In this document: piece after piece, positions 35,641-47,172 of the stretch
How the letters are laid out: each line of letters opens with the position of its first letter
How positions within the stretch are numbered: position 1 is the first letter of the stretch
Source of the DNA: Malacoraja senta
Taxonomy: Eukaryota
Length of the DNA: 64,000 nucleotides
Assembly (NCBI GenBank): GCA_038087875.1
Contig: CM075985.1
Coordinates: 25,358,001 to 25,422,000, forward strand
Direction of reading: 5' to 3'
The notes under the pieces: model-generated
Databases searched by the model: none
Seen by the model: only the letters and a program-made list of their open reading frames with translations
Told to the model about the DNA's origin: nothing
Made by a program: the position numbers and the translations under genes

Positions 35641-35861
35641 TGGCACTGTCGAAGGTGACTTGGGTACGAGATATTCATGGGAATATCATAAACCTAACTT
35701 AAGTATAAATCATTAATTCATAATTATTGATAGTTACTGCAACTTTGGACATTGAGATTTAAGCCACTTTAATCTTGTAAAATTGAAATATTCAGCCAAG
35801 ATTGTGGCATTAATTTTCAAATTTGATTCTTTATTAAAATAGAAAACTAAGATGTCTTTAC

Positions 35862-35936
35862 CTGTACTGGTGGTTGAAGAAATCGTAGTTGTCGATGGTG
35901 TGGTGACTGTTGTTGTCGCAGTTGTGGTTGTTATTC
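35862..35936 (-). CDS. MUC19: First, unique PTS exon (ITTTTATTTVTTPSTTTISSTTST)
   Basis: 75 nt, cag/gtaaag, phase 1-1. Confidence 0.9.
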
Positions 35937-37153
35937 CTGTTGTAATAAATATACGAACAATAAAGCAGGAGTCCTAATTAATTTGAGCCATTTGACGAAC
36001 TCTTATTAAGCAGAAGTATAAGCATTGTTTTATATGAGGCACATTGTTTTACATTAGGCACAAAGAATTTGTTATGACAATCAGAGTGCGACATAAATTT
36101 CCAGGTGACTCAACAGCTATTGTACTTCATGCTGGGGAATAAAGCTGATATCCCATATCCATTTCTGGAGAGAATGCCAATTGAATGAACTGAGTCAAAA
36201 TGACCAATGGGAGAAGTCAAGTTCCATATTCCATATTATTACTGTCTTTATGATTTTTGTTATTTGGTTGGTTCCAAGTGATTAATCAGATTACTGAAGA
36301 ACTCCAGTATAATTTTGATGGTTGATTCCTACCGCTCCATTCCGTGTTGAGCCTGGGAATTACATTAGTATGCTTCATTGCATGCAGAGCACAAACAATC
36401 TGCCATGTATAAGACCACTAATGTTATGTTGGAAGTTGCAGATGGCTCACTAAAACCTCTGCAATAGTATCTCCTAAACCTATGGCCTCTACTAACTAAA
36501 ATAATAACTGCAATAGGTGCATGAGAGCACCACCACCTAAATAAATCTCCTCTCACTAACTCCAATTGGCCTGGAAATATGGCTGTTACCATTGCTGGAT
36601 TTCTAGGCCTTAAATGTTGACTTTGCTGTCAATACTCATGCCACAAATAAATAAACAAAAACATCACAGAATTGTTGATCCTTCAAAAGAATGGGTGGGT
36701 GCATTTGCGATATGAGAGTGTGAATAAGAAGTGTTTTAAATTGACATTATAATAAACTGTTTATGGTCAAGTTTATCTGCCACAACTTCAGCAGAAGAAA
36801 CACAACAACACAAGAAATATGGTGTGATTATGGTTCATTCCTTGTTGTTCATGTTTTTTGTGGATTTCCTTGCAAACATTGATGGAGAAATAGAGAACCT
36901 AACAATTAAACGGGATCTTAGTAGAGAAATATATAACTACTGCAATGATATCAACTCATTTGTATTATTTTTGCTGTAGATTTAATTGGGAGCTAATTAG
37001 TATTTGGAAAGTATTTTAGAACCATTCAGGTTAATCGTTAATAACATTAATATTGCATTGTTGACAAAACCAATATTAATATGATCATAAATATGATAAT
37101 TCATTCCATAATTCTGGTCTATGAACAAGTGAATGCTAAACAAAGTTACTTAC

Positions 37154-37185
37154 GTTTGCACGTAGTGATTCCATCTTCGCACATA
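37154..37185 (-). CDS. MUC19: Mucin exon, end of E3 (MCEDGITTCK)
   Basis: 32 nt, cag/gtaagt, phase 2-1, bridges E3 to the PTS exons. Confidence 0.9.
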
Positions 37186-37429
37186 CTGTAAAACAAACAA
37201 GATATTAAAACTACAAATGACTCAAAATAGATATTTATATTAACTACATGGAGGATAGTGAGAACAGTGTAGGGAAAACTAACATGCTAGGGGCTCTTTG
37301 AGATTAAGAAGGATGCAAAACTGGGATAACATAGAACTAGTGTGAGTGGGTGATTGAGTTTGTTGTGGACTGCGGACCGAAATGGCCTGTATCCCGGCTG
37401 TATTTCTATTTCTAGTCTCTCTTGACTCT

Positions 37430-38110
37430 TGTAGTTCTGGTCGAACCTTTACAAAAATGATGTGGAGGCTTTGGAAAAAGGTGCAGAAGAGGTTTATCAG
37501 AATGCTGCCTGGATTAGAAGGTATTAGCTATAATGAGGGGGGGGGAGATTGCAACCTTCACGTGGTCCACCCTGTTTCTAATGCAATCAGCCCGACGTGC
37601 ACAAACAAAAGATCAAATAGAACAAGTTGACCTACTACTTTAGGCTGTGCACGCTATACGCAAGAAGAAGAAGAAGAAGAAGCTATAACGAGAGTTTGGA
37701 CAAACTTGGATTCTTTGATTCTTCTGGGGCATCGGAGGTTGAGGGAAGACCTGATAGAAGTATGTAAAGTTTTGAGAGGCATATATAGGGTAGATAGTTG
37801 GAACATATTTTCCAGAGAGGAAATGTTATAGCCCAGAGGGGATAACTTTTGACACAGATAGTGGTGGTGCATGTAAGGTGCTGCTTGGGGGTGGTGGTGG
37901 AAACAGATACAATAGTGGTGTATCACAGATACAACAGATATAATAGATATAATAGTGGTGTTTGAGAGGTCTTTAGATCGGGATATGGATATGCAGAGAA
38001 TGGCGGGCTATAGATCATTTGCAGGCAGAAAAGATTAACCTGGTATCATGTTTGACAGACAATATGGGCCAAAGGGCCTGTACCTTTGTTCTACTGTTCT
38101 ATGTTATATT
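37430..38110 (+). mobile_element. CR1-type LINE 3' fragment with a nested insertion
   Basis: KVQKRFIRMLPGL and REDLIEV.K motifs; gggccaaagggcctgt 3' end. Confidence 0.8.
37538..37680 (+). mobile_element. Short (GAA)n-tailed non-LTR insertion with 12 bp TSD
   Basis: agctataatgag at 37526-37537 and agctataacgag at 37681-37692. Confidence 0.75.
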
Positions 38111-38339
38111 TTCTAAAAATTATGGGCAACCAATGGGCATTATGTCAACAGAGAAAAGGTAATGTCAGTTCCAACTGAAATCATTATCAAAGCTTTTAAA
38201 GTGCAGGTTAGCGGATAGCAAAAGAGAATTACGAGGGGTTTTACTTATAGGAATCAAAATTAACAAAAGTTGATATTGCAGAACAAAATCAAGACACAGT
38301 TGAAGGAAATGGGAATGCTTAATCTTAATAAATCATAAT

Positions 38340-38730
38340 GCATAATAAAGGACGAGTCGCACCTTGGCCACCCTCTTTTCCCCTCTCCCATCAGGCAAAA
38401 CGTAAAGAAGAGTGAAAACGCACACCACCAGATTTGGGGTCAATTTCTTCCCAGCTGTTATCAGACAACTGAATCATCCTACTACAACCAGAGAGCAGTG
38501 CTGAACTACTATCTATCTCTTTGATGACCCTCGCATTATCCTTGATCGGACTTTGCTGGCTTTCCCTTGCACTAAATGTTATTCCCTTATCATTTGTCTG
38601 TACACTGTAAATGGATCGATTTTAATTGTGTATTGTCTTTCTGCTGACTGGTTGCACGCAACAAAAACTTTTCACTGTACATTGGCACACGTGACAATAA
38701 ACTAAACTGAACTGAAACTGAACTGAATAT
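38340..38730 (+). mobile_element. Rex1/Babar-like LINE 3' end
   Basis: Paralog of 48295-49100; KDESHLGHPLFSPLPSG motif; aataaactaaactgaactgaa tail. Confidence 0.75.
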
Positions 38731-39121
38731 ATGAAGGAGTTTGAAACAACGAATGAGAATTTTGTAGTTGGGAATTAGTACAGGCTGTATTTTTTTAATT
38801 GTCAAAATATCTATTTTATAATCTAGTTCTTCAATATGAATCGAGAAAATAATTTTTATTCAAGAATATAAAATTTCCATCTAAATTTGGTAATTGTCAA
38901 ATAGAAATATATATTTTAAATTAATCTAGCGTGTTTGCTGTTTACAAGAAAAACCTTTTCTTCTTTAAAGGGCTATGAAACACTAAGTGAAACCCACTAC
39001 ACCCTATAACTGAATAGTTAAATGTGTTAAAGATTCCAGACCCACTTTCATGACAAGATTATTGCTTTCAACATAAGAATCAAGATGAATTAAATAAAAT
39101 GCTCTCTTTTAGATAATTTAC

Positions 39122-39263
39122 CATTCTTCACAACCATTTCTTGTTGTTTCACTGGGTTGCAATATCCTTCCCTCATAATAGCATGTACACTGAGGTAATG
39201 CAACGCACTTCATTGTATTTTCATCCAAATAAGGAGCACTCTCTGGGCATTTGGCATAGCAAC
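39122..39263 (-). CDS. MUC19: Mucin exon, TIL3/E3 ([19 protein letters not shown]...NGCEE)
   Basis: 142 nt, aag/gtaaat, phase 1-2. Confidence 0.95.
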
Positions 39264-39570
39264 CTTAAATATTGAGAAGTAAAAGTCACTATAAAGATAA
39301 ACAGGAACTCTGTGAACTCTGGATATTTTAAGTAACAACAGAATCAGATAGCCAGTGACAAAACTCAGTGAACTCAAAAACAGCGATTAAACAAAATTTG
39401 AATCCAGTTCATTGAATCCCTTTAAATAAAGCAAACACTTAGATGTTGCCACAACTGAGCCTAAATTAGGGAATACCAAGAGAGCATTGATATATTTGTT
39501 GATTTTGCATCTTGTCTGCCATCTTGTGCATGTAAGTAGGAATACCAGTCCATCTGATTCTTTGAACCGT

Positions 39571-39704
39571 TGTGTTAAAGAAGGAACTGCAGATGCTGGA
39601 AAATCGAAGGTACACAAAAATGCTGGAGAAACTCAGCGGGTGCAGCAGCATCTATGGAGCGAAGGAAATAGGTAACGTTTCGGGCCGAAACCCTTCTTCA
39701 GACC
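39571..39704 (-). mobile_element. Penelope-like element terminal repeat
   Basis: ggaactgcagatgctgg...aactcagcggg...cgtttcggg...cccttcttcagac, same family as 25416 and 63609. Confidence 0.8.
39671..39704 (-). ncRNA. Minimal type I hammerhead ribozyme motif, PLE-derived
   Basis: Minus strand GGU CUGAAGA A GGGU UUCG GCCC GAA ACGU U ACC: complete core, stem II, palindromic ACGU, 3 bp stem I. Confidence 0.65.
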
Positions 39705-41191
39705 GACTCTTTTATGAAGATTGTGGATGATCTTCCACCTTGGAGTAATTTTCCAGCTCTATCATCTTATCGTTTGATTTCTGTAATGTGCAGAAATCTT
39801 TCAATCTATGAATAAATGACATTATCTAACCATTGGGTAGAGAACTCCAATGGAGCACTGCCCTCTGAATGAAGAATTATTTCTCCATCTCAGTCATAAA
39901 TTGCCTGTCACTATATTCAGTGCCCTCTGGTTCTAGACTTCTCAGTCAATTAATATATCCTCCTTGCATCCAGCCTGTTGAGCTACGAAAAAATCTTGTA
40001 CGTTTCGATGAAATTTGCCACTCTTCTACACTGCTGACTGTCCCAGTCCTCACACATCAAACTTGCCATCTCCTATCATTTTAGAGCATCTTTGCTGCAG
40101 CCCACTCACCCCCCAGCAAATACATCCTATCTTAAGTAACAAGACCAATACTGTACATAATCACTCCAGGCATAGATTCAACAAGGGCCCATATAATTAC
40201 AACAAGACTCCCTTACCCCTGTGATAAAACTCTTTCATTATAAAGACTATTATACCGTTTGTCTTCTATTCCCCCTCATTGTATTTAGTTTGAAAACTGG
40301 TTTCAATCCATATTGGTATATTATCATTGATTCATGTGCTCTTATGTTATTGACTGCTCCCGGCAAGCAACAGGCGGGATGCTCCCAGCAAGCAGGCCAG
40401 ACTTGCCTGCTGCAGACTGACCTCGGAGGAGGACTCACCCACCGGGAACCGGCCCGAACACTCGTCGGTGTCTGCCTAAAGGCTCGAGGTCGCCGGGTCC
40501 TCACCCAAAGGCTTGGCGTCAACAGAACCGGGAACCTGTCTGAAGGCTCGTTGGAGTCCACCCAAAGGCTCATGGTCAGCAGGACCTCATGGTCGGCGGG
40601 ACCTCAACCAAATGTCTGTCAACGGGATTGGGAAACCACCCGAATGCTTGGCAGATGCCATAACCAGGAGGGAGCTGGAGAAGTCATCCCGAGGAGCAAG
40701 GACTGGTAGGAGGGTGAACCAGGGTAATTCCTCCAGTGCCTTCAGGTAGGCTGCAGGAGGCACTCCCGGGATACAAAGTTGGCCGTGTGAGGAGAGGAGA
40801 GGGACGTTGGTTCGCGGAACCTGCTGGGATACTTCGGGCATGCAGACCGACTGAGCTTTGGACTTTGAATAATGGTGCCACAAACAGCAGCGCCCGCATG
40901 TGTAATATAATATTATATATAATATAATATAATAACTATTGACTATTGGACTTTGTCAAAAGCCTTATTGAAATCCAAATGTATTACATCCACTGGCTCC
41001 ACTCATCTACTCTAGCAATCAATAATTATATTACTTATGCATTATTGATTGTTAGAAACTGGGATTCTTTACATATCTTTATCAAAAGGTACAAATAATT
41101 TAAAGAAAATTAATTAATATTATATTGGATACAGTAATTTAAAACATTTTGGAATAGGTCATAAAATTTGAAAACGTAATCTATACAGCAC

Positions 41192-41317
41192 CTTCAAGAA
41201 CTGCCGAATACTTCTTTCCAATGAAATGGCCGGTACATGTTCTTGTTGTTATGGTTCCACATGGCTGATAGTGCCAGCTGCATTCATTGGGAGCATTATA
41301 ATAGTCACAGTACACAG
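41192..41317 (-). CDS. MUC19: Mucin exon, TIL3 ([20 protein letters not shown]...YSAVLE)
   Basis: 126 nt, cag/gtgctg, phase 1-1. Confidence 0.94.
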
Positions 41318-41574
41318 CTGTAATATGAAATAGTATTTTAAAATGGTATTTTTAATTGCTCTTTTAATACACTTAAGTAAGATGATCTTTAATCTGGACT
41401 GTCGGACGAATTCTGTCTGGCAGAGTTTCAATCCCAACATTCACTAACACTCAACTTGTTCCTCCCCAAAAGTTTTTATTGCAGTTAATACTGATACGGC
41501 TGTAATCACTTGTAAGAAAAAGAACGGTGACGATTTTGATTATTTTCAGGCTGCAGGTCACAGATCATTCACAA

Positions 41575-41735
41575 GGTCGTAGAGTTCTACAGCATGGAAA
41601 CAGGCACTTTGGCCCAACCTGCCCACACTGGCCAACATGTCCCATCTACACTAGTCCCACCTACCTGTGTTTGGCCCATACCCCTCTAAACCAGTCTTAT
41701 CCATGTACCTGTATAAATGTTTCTTAAATGCTGTG
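41575..41735 (-). mobile_element. CR1-type LINE 3' end
   Basis: acagcatggaaacaggc..ttggccca...ccatacccctctaaacc...tccatgtacctgt. Confidence 0.7.
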
Positions 41736-41784
41736 CTGTTGAAGAAGAGGTTAGGGGATCTTATCATCCTTGAGTCATCCTTGA

Positions 41785-42270
41785 GTCATACAGTACAGAA
41801 ACGGGCTCTTTGGCCAACTGTGTCCACACCAGCCATCCATTACCCTTTATACACATCCCTTCTTTAAATATATAACCTAAATGTCGGAGTAACTCAACGG
41901 ATCAGGCAACATCTCTGGTGGACATGGACATTCATGTCCTCCAGAGATACTGCCTGACCTGCTGAGTTATTCCAGCACCTTGTGCTATATGCATGATTTC
42001 AGCATCTGATGTTCCTAGTGTTCCAATTATTTTTAATTCTTTCCACATTTCCATCAAATTCCTCAGGATTCCAGTTTATCTAAATAGGAGGGGCAATTTA
42101 CAATGGGCAATTAATCCAACATGCAGCACAATTTGGGATGTGGATGGAATTCAGAGCACCCAGAAGAAAACCAGTGGCCACAGGGAGAACATGAAAACTC
42201 CACACAGACAGCACTGGAATTTAGAATTGAGCTTGAGTCACTGGGAGTTGTGAAGATCAAGCTCTTATCA
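41785..42270 (-). mobile_element. V-SINE/HE1-like SINE with a nested PLE-derived inverted fragment (~41880-42025)
   Basis: cacagggagaacatgaaaactccacacagacagcac SINE core; gagtaactca..ggatcaggca..atctctgg paired with ccagagat.ctgcctgacctgctgagtta. Confidence 0.7.
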
Positions 42271-42671
42271 GCTGCAAAAAAGAGATGGGTATATGAAAAA
42301 GAAAATATTGTTTATTTATTTGCTGTCGTTATAAATTGGGCTCAACATAACAGAAATTAGTATCAGATATGAATAGTGATGTTATTTGTTGGTCAGCGTG
42401 TTACACGTGCAGGAGCCAATTAAGTTGGTGTTCTGAACTTTAAACATGTGCTGCCGTGCCTTTGATGAATAGGACAGTAATTGTATTTAAGAAAAAAATG
42501 AGTGATGCAAATGCTGATCACATGGAAGCTGGAGGTAACTGATCACTTAATGCACAAACAATTCCCTGAGTTTCTTTGGAACCATGTTCAAGAAGAGGTG
42601 AGGATCTCACTGTTTATAGAGTCATCCTTCAACCATCTGTGTCTGTTAAATATGCATTAGGTTACACTTAC

Positions 42672-42828
42672 GACAAAGTTCAGGGGTTCTCCAGCGAATA
42701 CAAACTTCAGCTTTATTACAAGCTTCCGCATACACAGCTACAGCAGTACAGAAACCAAGGTACTTTCCCTCCATATCACAGGCACAAGCTTCTTGAATAC
42801 AAGCATCATAAAATGGAATTGGATCAAC
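42672..42828 (-). CDS. MUC19: Mucin exon, C8-3 ([37 protein letters not shown]...WRTPELC)
   Basis: 157 nt, cag/gtaagt, phase 0-1. Confidence 0.96.
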
Positions 42829-42925
42829 CTGGAAAAGTAACAGTGTCAGAAAAAGAATGATGGAAATGCAGCTCATTTCATATAATATAACAAATGTGTT
42901 ATATCTCAAATGCATTGTCTCTTAC

Positions 42926-43165
42926 CTTTTTATGGCATGCTTGAAAGATTGCGCTATGAATTAAGTTGCACCTCTTCTGCGCCCATGACAAACAATATGG
43001 ATTGTTATCACATGGATATATCTCATTTACTGTATCAGAGCAAAGCTGTGTGGATTTCCAGCTGTTCCCAAAATCCAAAGTGTTGGTCAGCAAGGTGTTC
43101 CCCTTTGATGTTAAGTCATCTTCAAGATCATTGTTGAGATTTCCACAAAGACCACAAACTTTATT
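42926..43165 (-). CDS. MUC19: Mucin exon, end of VWD3 and C8-3 (NKVCGLCGN...FQACHKK)
   Basis: 240 nt, aag/gtaaga, phase 0-0, CGLCG motif. Confidence 0.96.
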
Positions 43166-43748
43166 CTTTAGCACACAGGAGAAACATATTGATGGTTACT
43201 ATTCTAAAATTACAATTACTGGTTTATACTATTCTTCCAAATTAAATAAAAATCTAACCCAGCAGAAAAAATTGGTCAATAGAGTGCTTTGAGATCTGTT
43301 AAAATTGGGCAATACAAATGTGAATTTACCAATCTATTTTTTATATTCAATTGGTTTTTTTTGTTGTGTTTTTTTTGTCTCTATATTTATGTAAAACATT
43401 CTGTGCAGCTTCAAGAGATTTTCCTGAAGTTGTGAACAGTCCTAACTAAATACAAGTTTCCATTTTTTTTTTTTATGACATGAACCATGACACGATTACA
43501 TAGAATAAAATAGTCCATAGAGTGATGTGGTAAAATCTCTGGTTGTTTTCTGGAAACCACCAAATCCTTGAACGAGAAGTCCCCAGCATGTTTCTGGATG
43601 GATGCATTACCTTATAGATGGAATGGCCTTTTTCGTAATTATAATGAGTGAGCTTTTGTACAGATTTTTTTCATTCTAGGTTTAAGAAAAGGCTTTTAAA
43701 ATAGACATAAAAGGGAAAATATATACATTTAAAATAGAACATGAATTT

Positions 43749-43980
43749 AGTAGGAAGGAACTGCAGATGCAGGTTTAAACCGAAGATAGGCACATAAAGG
43801 TGGAGTACCTCAATGGGTCAGACAGCATTTCTGGAGAAAAGGAATGGGGGACGTTCGGAATTAACCCTGCTTCATATTAATGTCTGAAGAAGGCTCTCGA
43901 CATGACAATTCACCTGTTCCCTTCCTCCAGAGATGCTGTCTGACCTGCTCAGTTACTCCAGCTTTTTGTGTCTATCTTCA
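43749..43980. mobile_element. Inverted pair of Penelope-like terminal repeats
   Basis: Left arm is the reverse complement of the right arm (tctggagaaaaggaa / ttcccttcctccagaga); hammerhead motifs decayed. Confidence 0.75.
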
Positions 43981-44191
43981 GAACATGATTTGAGCCTGGA
44001 TTATTAAACTTTAATAAAAGCTTTCATCCTCAACTTCAATTTACTGCAGCTCTTGATTCCTCCACATCTTTGCTATGTACATTTCCTGCACAGATTACTG
44101 CTGCATTGTTTACTCCTCACAGTTTAGGTCATCCTTAAAACCATTCACATCATAATTCATGGTCCATATGTGTACATGATTCATATATATG

Positions 44192-44318
44192 GTGTAGGAC
44201 GGAACTGGAGATGCTGTTTAAATGGAAGATAGACACAAAATGCTGGAATAACTCAGCTCTCCCCAGTGATGCTGCCAGTCCTGCTGAGTTACTACAGCAT
44301 TTTGTGTCCATTCTTCTT
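44192..44318. mobile_element. Short inverted Penelope-like terminal fragment
   Basis: gacacaaaatgctggaataactcagc paired with gctgagttactacagcattttgtgtc. Confidence 0.75.
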
Positions 44319-44513
44319 CTTATCGAGTCCACACACAAGATTAGAAGTTGTTCAGCCAGAGCTGAACACACTTCTCGGCATCTGCATGCAATAGTGTCTT
44401 TGTCGCTTCTTGTGCTCCTTGAGCGTGGTGGTGGAAAGATTGGTGGAAACTGGGCCGTGACGTGAACGCTCTTTCCTTGACCCCTGTGTCCATTCATATA
44501 TATGGTTTAGATC

Positions 44514-45450
44514 TATTTATTTTTATTTATTTATTTATTTATTTATTCCGAACAAGTAAAGACATTAAAGACATTGATATTAACAAAATCGAAATTATCA
44601 AACAATTGAACATTGCAATCAACATTTACAATTGAGAAGAACAAAATCAAGGTTCCAATGTCCAACTCAGAGTCTGTACAAGCTCGAAAAGGAGTGAGAA
44701 GAAGAATAACTTATTAAATCTCACCCCTTTTCCCCAACACTTCTATCGTATTTAAAAATCAATTCCTTACTAATAATAGTACTGCCCTAGGCAATTTCCC
44801 ATAATACATACAGACACTTATATACATTCAACTATTATGTACATACAATCTTCATATTTGAAGTACCCAACATCAGTGAACAATAGTAAACAAGATAAAC
44901 ATCAACAATATTAACAAGATAAACATCAACGATTGTAAACAAGATAAACATCAACCCCCACTTGTCAACCATCCCCTCCATCCCTGTACCCCTTGAGCAT
45001 TATTTTTTTATATATCATTTTAAAATGATTCATGTTTGTGCATTGCTTCAATTCCCCGTTCAATTTATTCCACACTCCTACTCCACAAACCGAAATACAA
45101 AAGGATTTTCTAGTCGTACGGACTTGTTGTTTCTTAAAGTTAAATATTCCTCTTAAATTGTAACCCCCCACACGCTCGTTAAATAATTTTTGAATGTTTC
45201 CAGGTAAATTTTTATTTTTGGCCCTAAACATTATCTGAGCTGTTTTGAATGTGACCAAATCTTCTAATTTTAATAATTTTGACTCTAAAAATAATGGATT
45301 CGTATGACCCAGATACTTAGCATTATGGATAATACGAATTGCTCTTTTTTGCATCATGGTTAATGAGTGTATCGAATTTTTATAATTATTTCCCCAGACT
45401 TCTGTACAATAATTTAAGTAGGGTAAAATTAATGTACAATAAATCTGTGC
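44514..45450 (-). mobile_element. L2/Crack/Daphne-like LINE 3' fragment with open ORF2 tail
   Basis: IYCTLILPYLNYCTEVWG...QKRAIRII...HTNPLF...YNLR motifs, ~160 codons uninterrupted; (AATA)n tail at 44514-44548. Confidence 0.85.
44888..44956. repeat. Three-copy tandem repeat in the LINE 3' UTR
   Basis: aacaagataaacatcaac three times. Confidence 0.85.
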
Positions 45451-46218
45451 CTGTGACCATGTAGTAGAAATTCCTGACAATAAATGGCACTACAAGAATA
45501 CATTTCTGAAACTGCCCTTATTTCCTCGTTTTCAGGAAAATAATTTCAATTTTATACAGATGATATATCCACTCGTGGATTTTGAGTCATGATCTTTTCA
45601 CAAAGTATTGCTTTCCCACACTGCTACTTCTAACCACTTGGCATTCGGCCATGTCGTGAGCCAGCTTTAAATTGGCAAAGTTTTCCCCGCCTCACCCTGG
45701 CCGTTTCAGCCTCAGGTTCTGAATGCTCACTCCCATTTTAACAAGTCCAACTCTTACTCAGTAAATCTGTTGAAAAACCAGTAAATCCCTGACCATCAGC
45801 ATCTAATCCAATTATATTTTCCACACTTTAAATTCTGACAGTTTTCCTTTGTTTTTTGAATAACTCAATACTGTTTCACATATATATAGAAAAATATAGC
45901 CCAGCAAAATTTGTTATGAGGCTACCTATTATATCATGTAATATATCATGAAATTTAGAATATTGATGTTATTGTTGTTTTATGGATTCTATACTCCAGA
46001 TCTTCTGAGAGTGATTCCTTCATTTACCACCAAACCTTGGCTTTGCCATCCGTCATTTTTCTGTGCTCTATCAAACTTTACAGATTTTCCCATCTGTATT
46101 CTGTGAGTTTTGATGTAAATATCTATATATGAAATGAATCAAGCTTCCCAATAATTCCAATATTGGATTATACTTTCTGTATTATTAAGCAGAAATTTAA
46201 TTTTCAATCCCCACTCAC

Positions 46219-46407
46219 CTTCCATTTTGGATCCAGTGTGATTGAAAGTCGTGTCCGTTTATCCCAAACCAAAGTGATCCCATTGGAAAATGACAGGATT
46301 AAGTAGAGTCCAACTGTGTGAATTGTATATGAATTATCTGCGCACTGGCTGTATTCAGAGGACACCTCACGTACTCCAGTTGCACTCGATAAAGTTAGTT
46401 CTCTCTC
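46219..46407 (-). CDS. MUC19: Mucin exon, VWD3 (ERELTL...GLYLIL...LVWDKRTRLSITLDPKWK)
   Basis: 189 nt, cag/gtgagt, phase 0-0. Confidence 0.95.
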
Positions 46408-46520
46408 CTGTAAGCATAAATTTGAAAATAAATTATTTTATAAGATGAATGATTTCCGATTATACACTGCAACTGCATAACCTACAGTTCCTCTTATGTG
46501 TAATAGATTAAAAGACATAC

Positions 46521-46625
46521 CCCAATCAAGATTCTGATTTCTCTTGAACATGTCACTCCATTTTCACAGCAGGGAACACTTTGTGTCATTATTTGGAATG
46601 TACCAATCTCTCGTCGACATTTGTC
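46521..46625 (-). CDS. MUC19: Mucin exon, VWD3 ([35 protein letters not shown])
   Basis: 105 nt, tag/gtatgt, phase 0-0. Confidence 0.95.
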
Positions 46626-46872
46626 CTAAGGTTAAAACATGTTGAAATAATTAGTGTAATGAGAATTCAACACATAATTTGTTATTACACTGCCAGTTCA
46701 ATGTGTACAATTTTCCAATTTTAGAATTGTTTACACACGTTATCGGATTCAAAGAATTTCGATCACTGCCCTCCCTGAAATAGTAATTTGTTTGGTGTCT
46801 TTATCTCCCAAGCTAGCCAGTGCAACACACATTTTCCATACGTTAAAGTGTATCTAAATCCAACACAATTGA

Positions 46873-47060
46873 ACAGCAGTATAGTTGCTGCCTTATGGCA
46901 ACAGAGACCCAGGTTTGATTCTGACTACAGGTGCTCTCTGTATGGAATTTGTACGTTCTTCCTGTGACTTCATGGGTTTTTTTCTGGGTGATCCAGTTTC
47001 CTATCACATTCCAAAGATGTGCAGGTTTGTAGGTTAAATGGCTTCTGTAAATTGTCACTT
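46873..47060 (+). mobile_element. V-SINE/HE1-like SINE, 3'-truncated
   Basis: gttgctgccttatggcaacagagacccaggtttgattctgactacaggtgct...gtaggttaa. Confidence 0.8.
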
Positions 47061-47172
47061 ACAAAGATATATTTTGAGAAAAATGGGATTGGAAAAATAA
47101 CTTAATAACATCTGTAATTAGACAGAATTGACTGTGGAAACAGCCGTGTTAAATGTGACTCCTTCATCTTAC

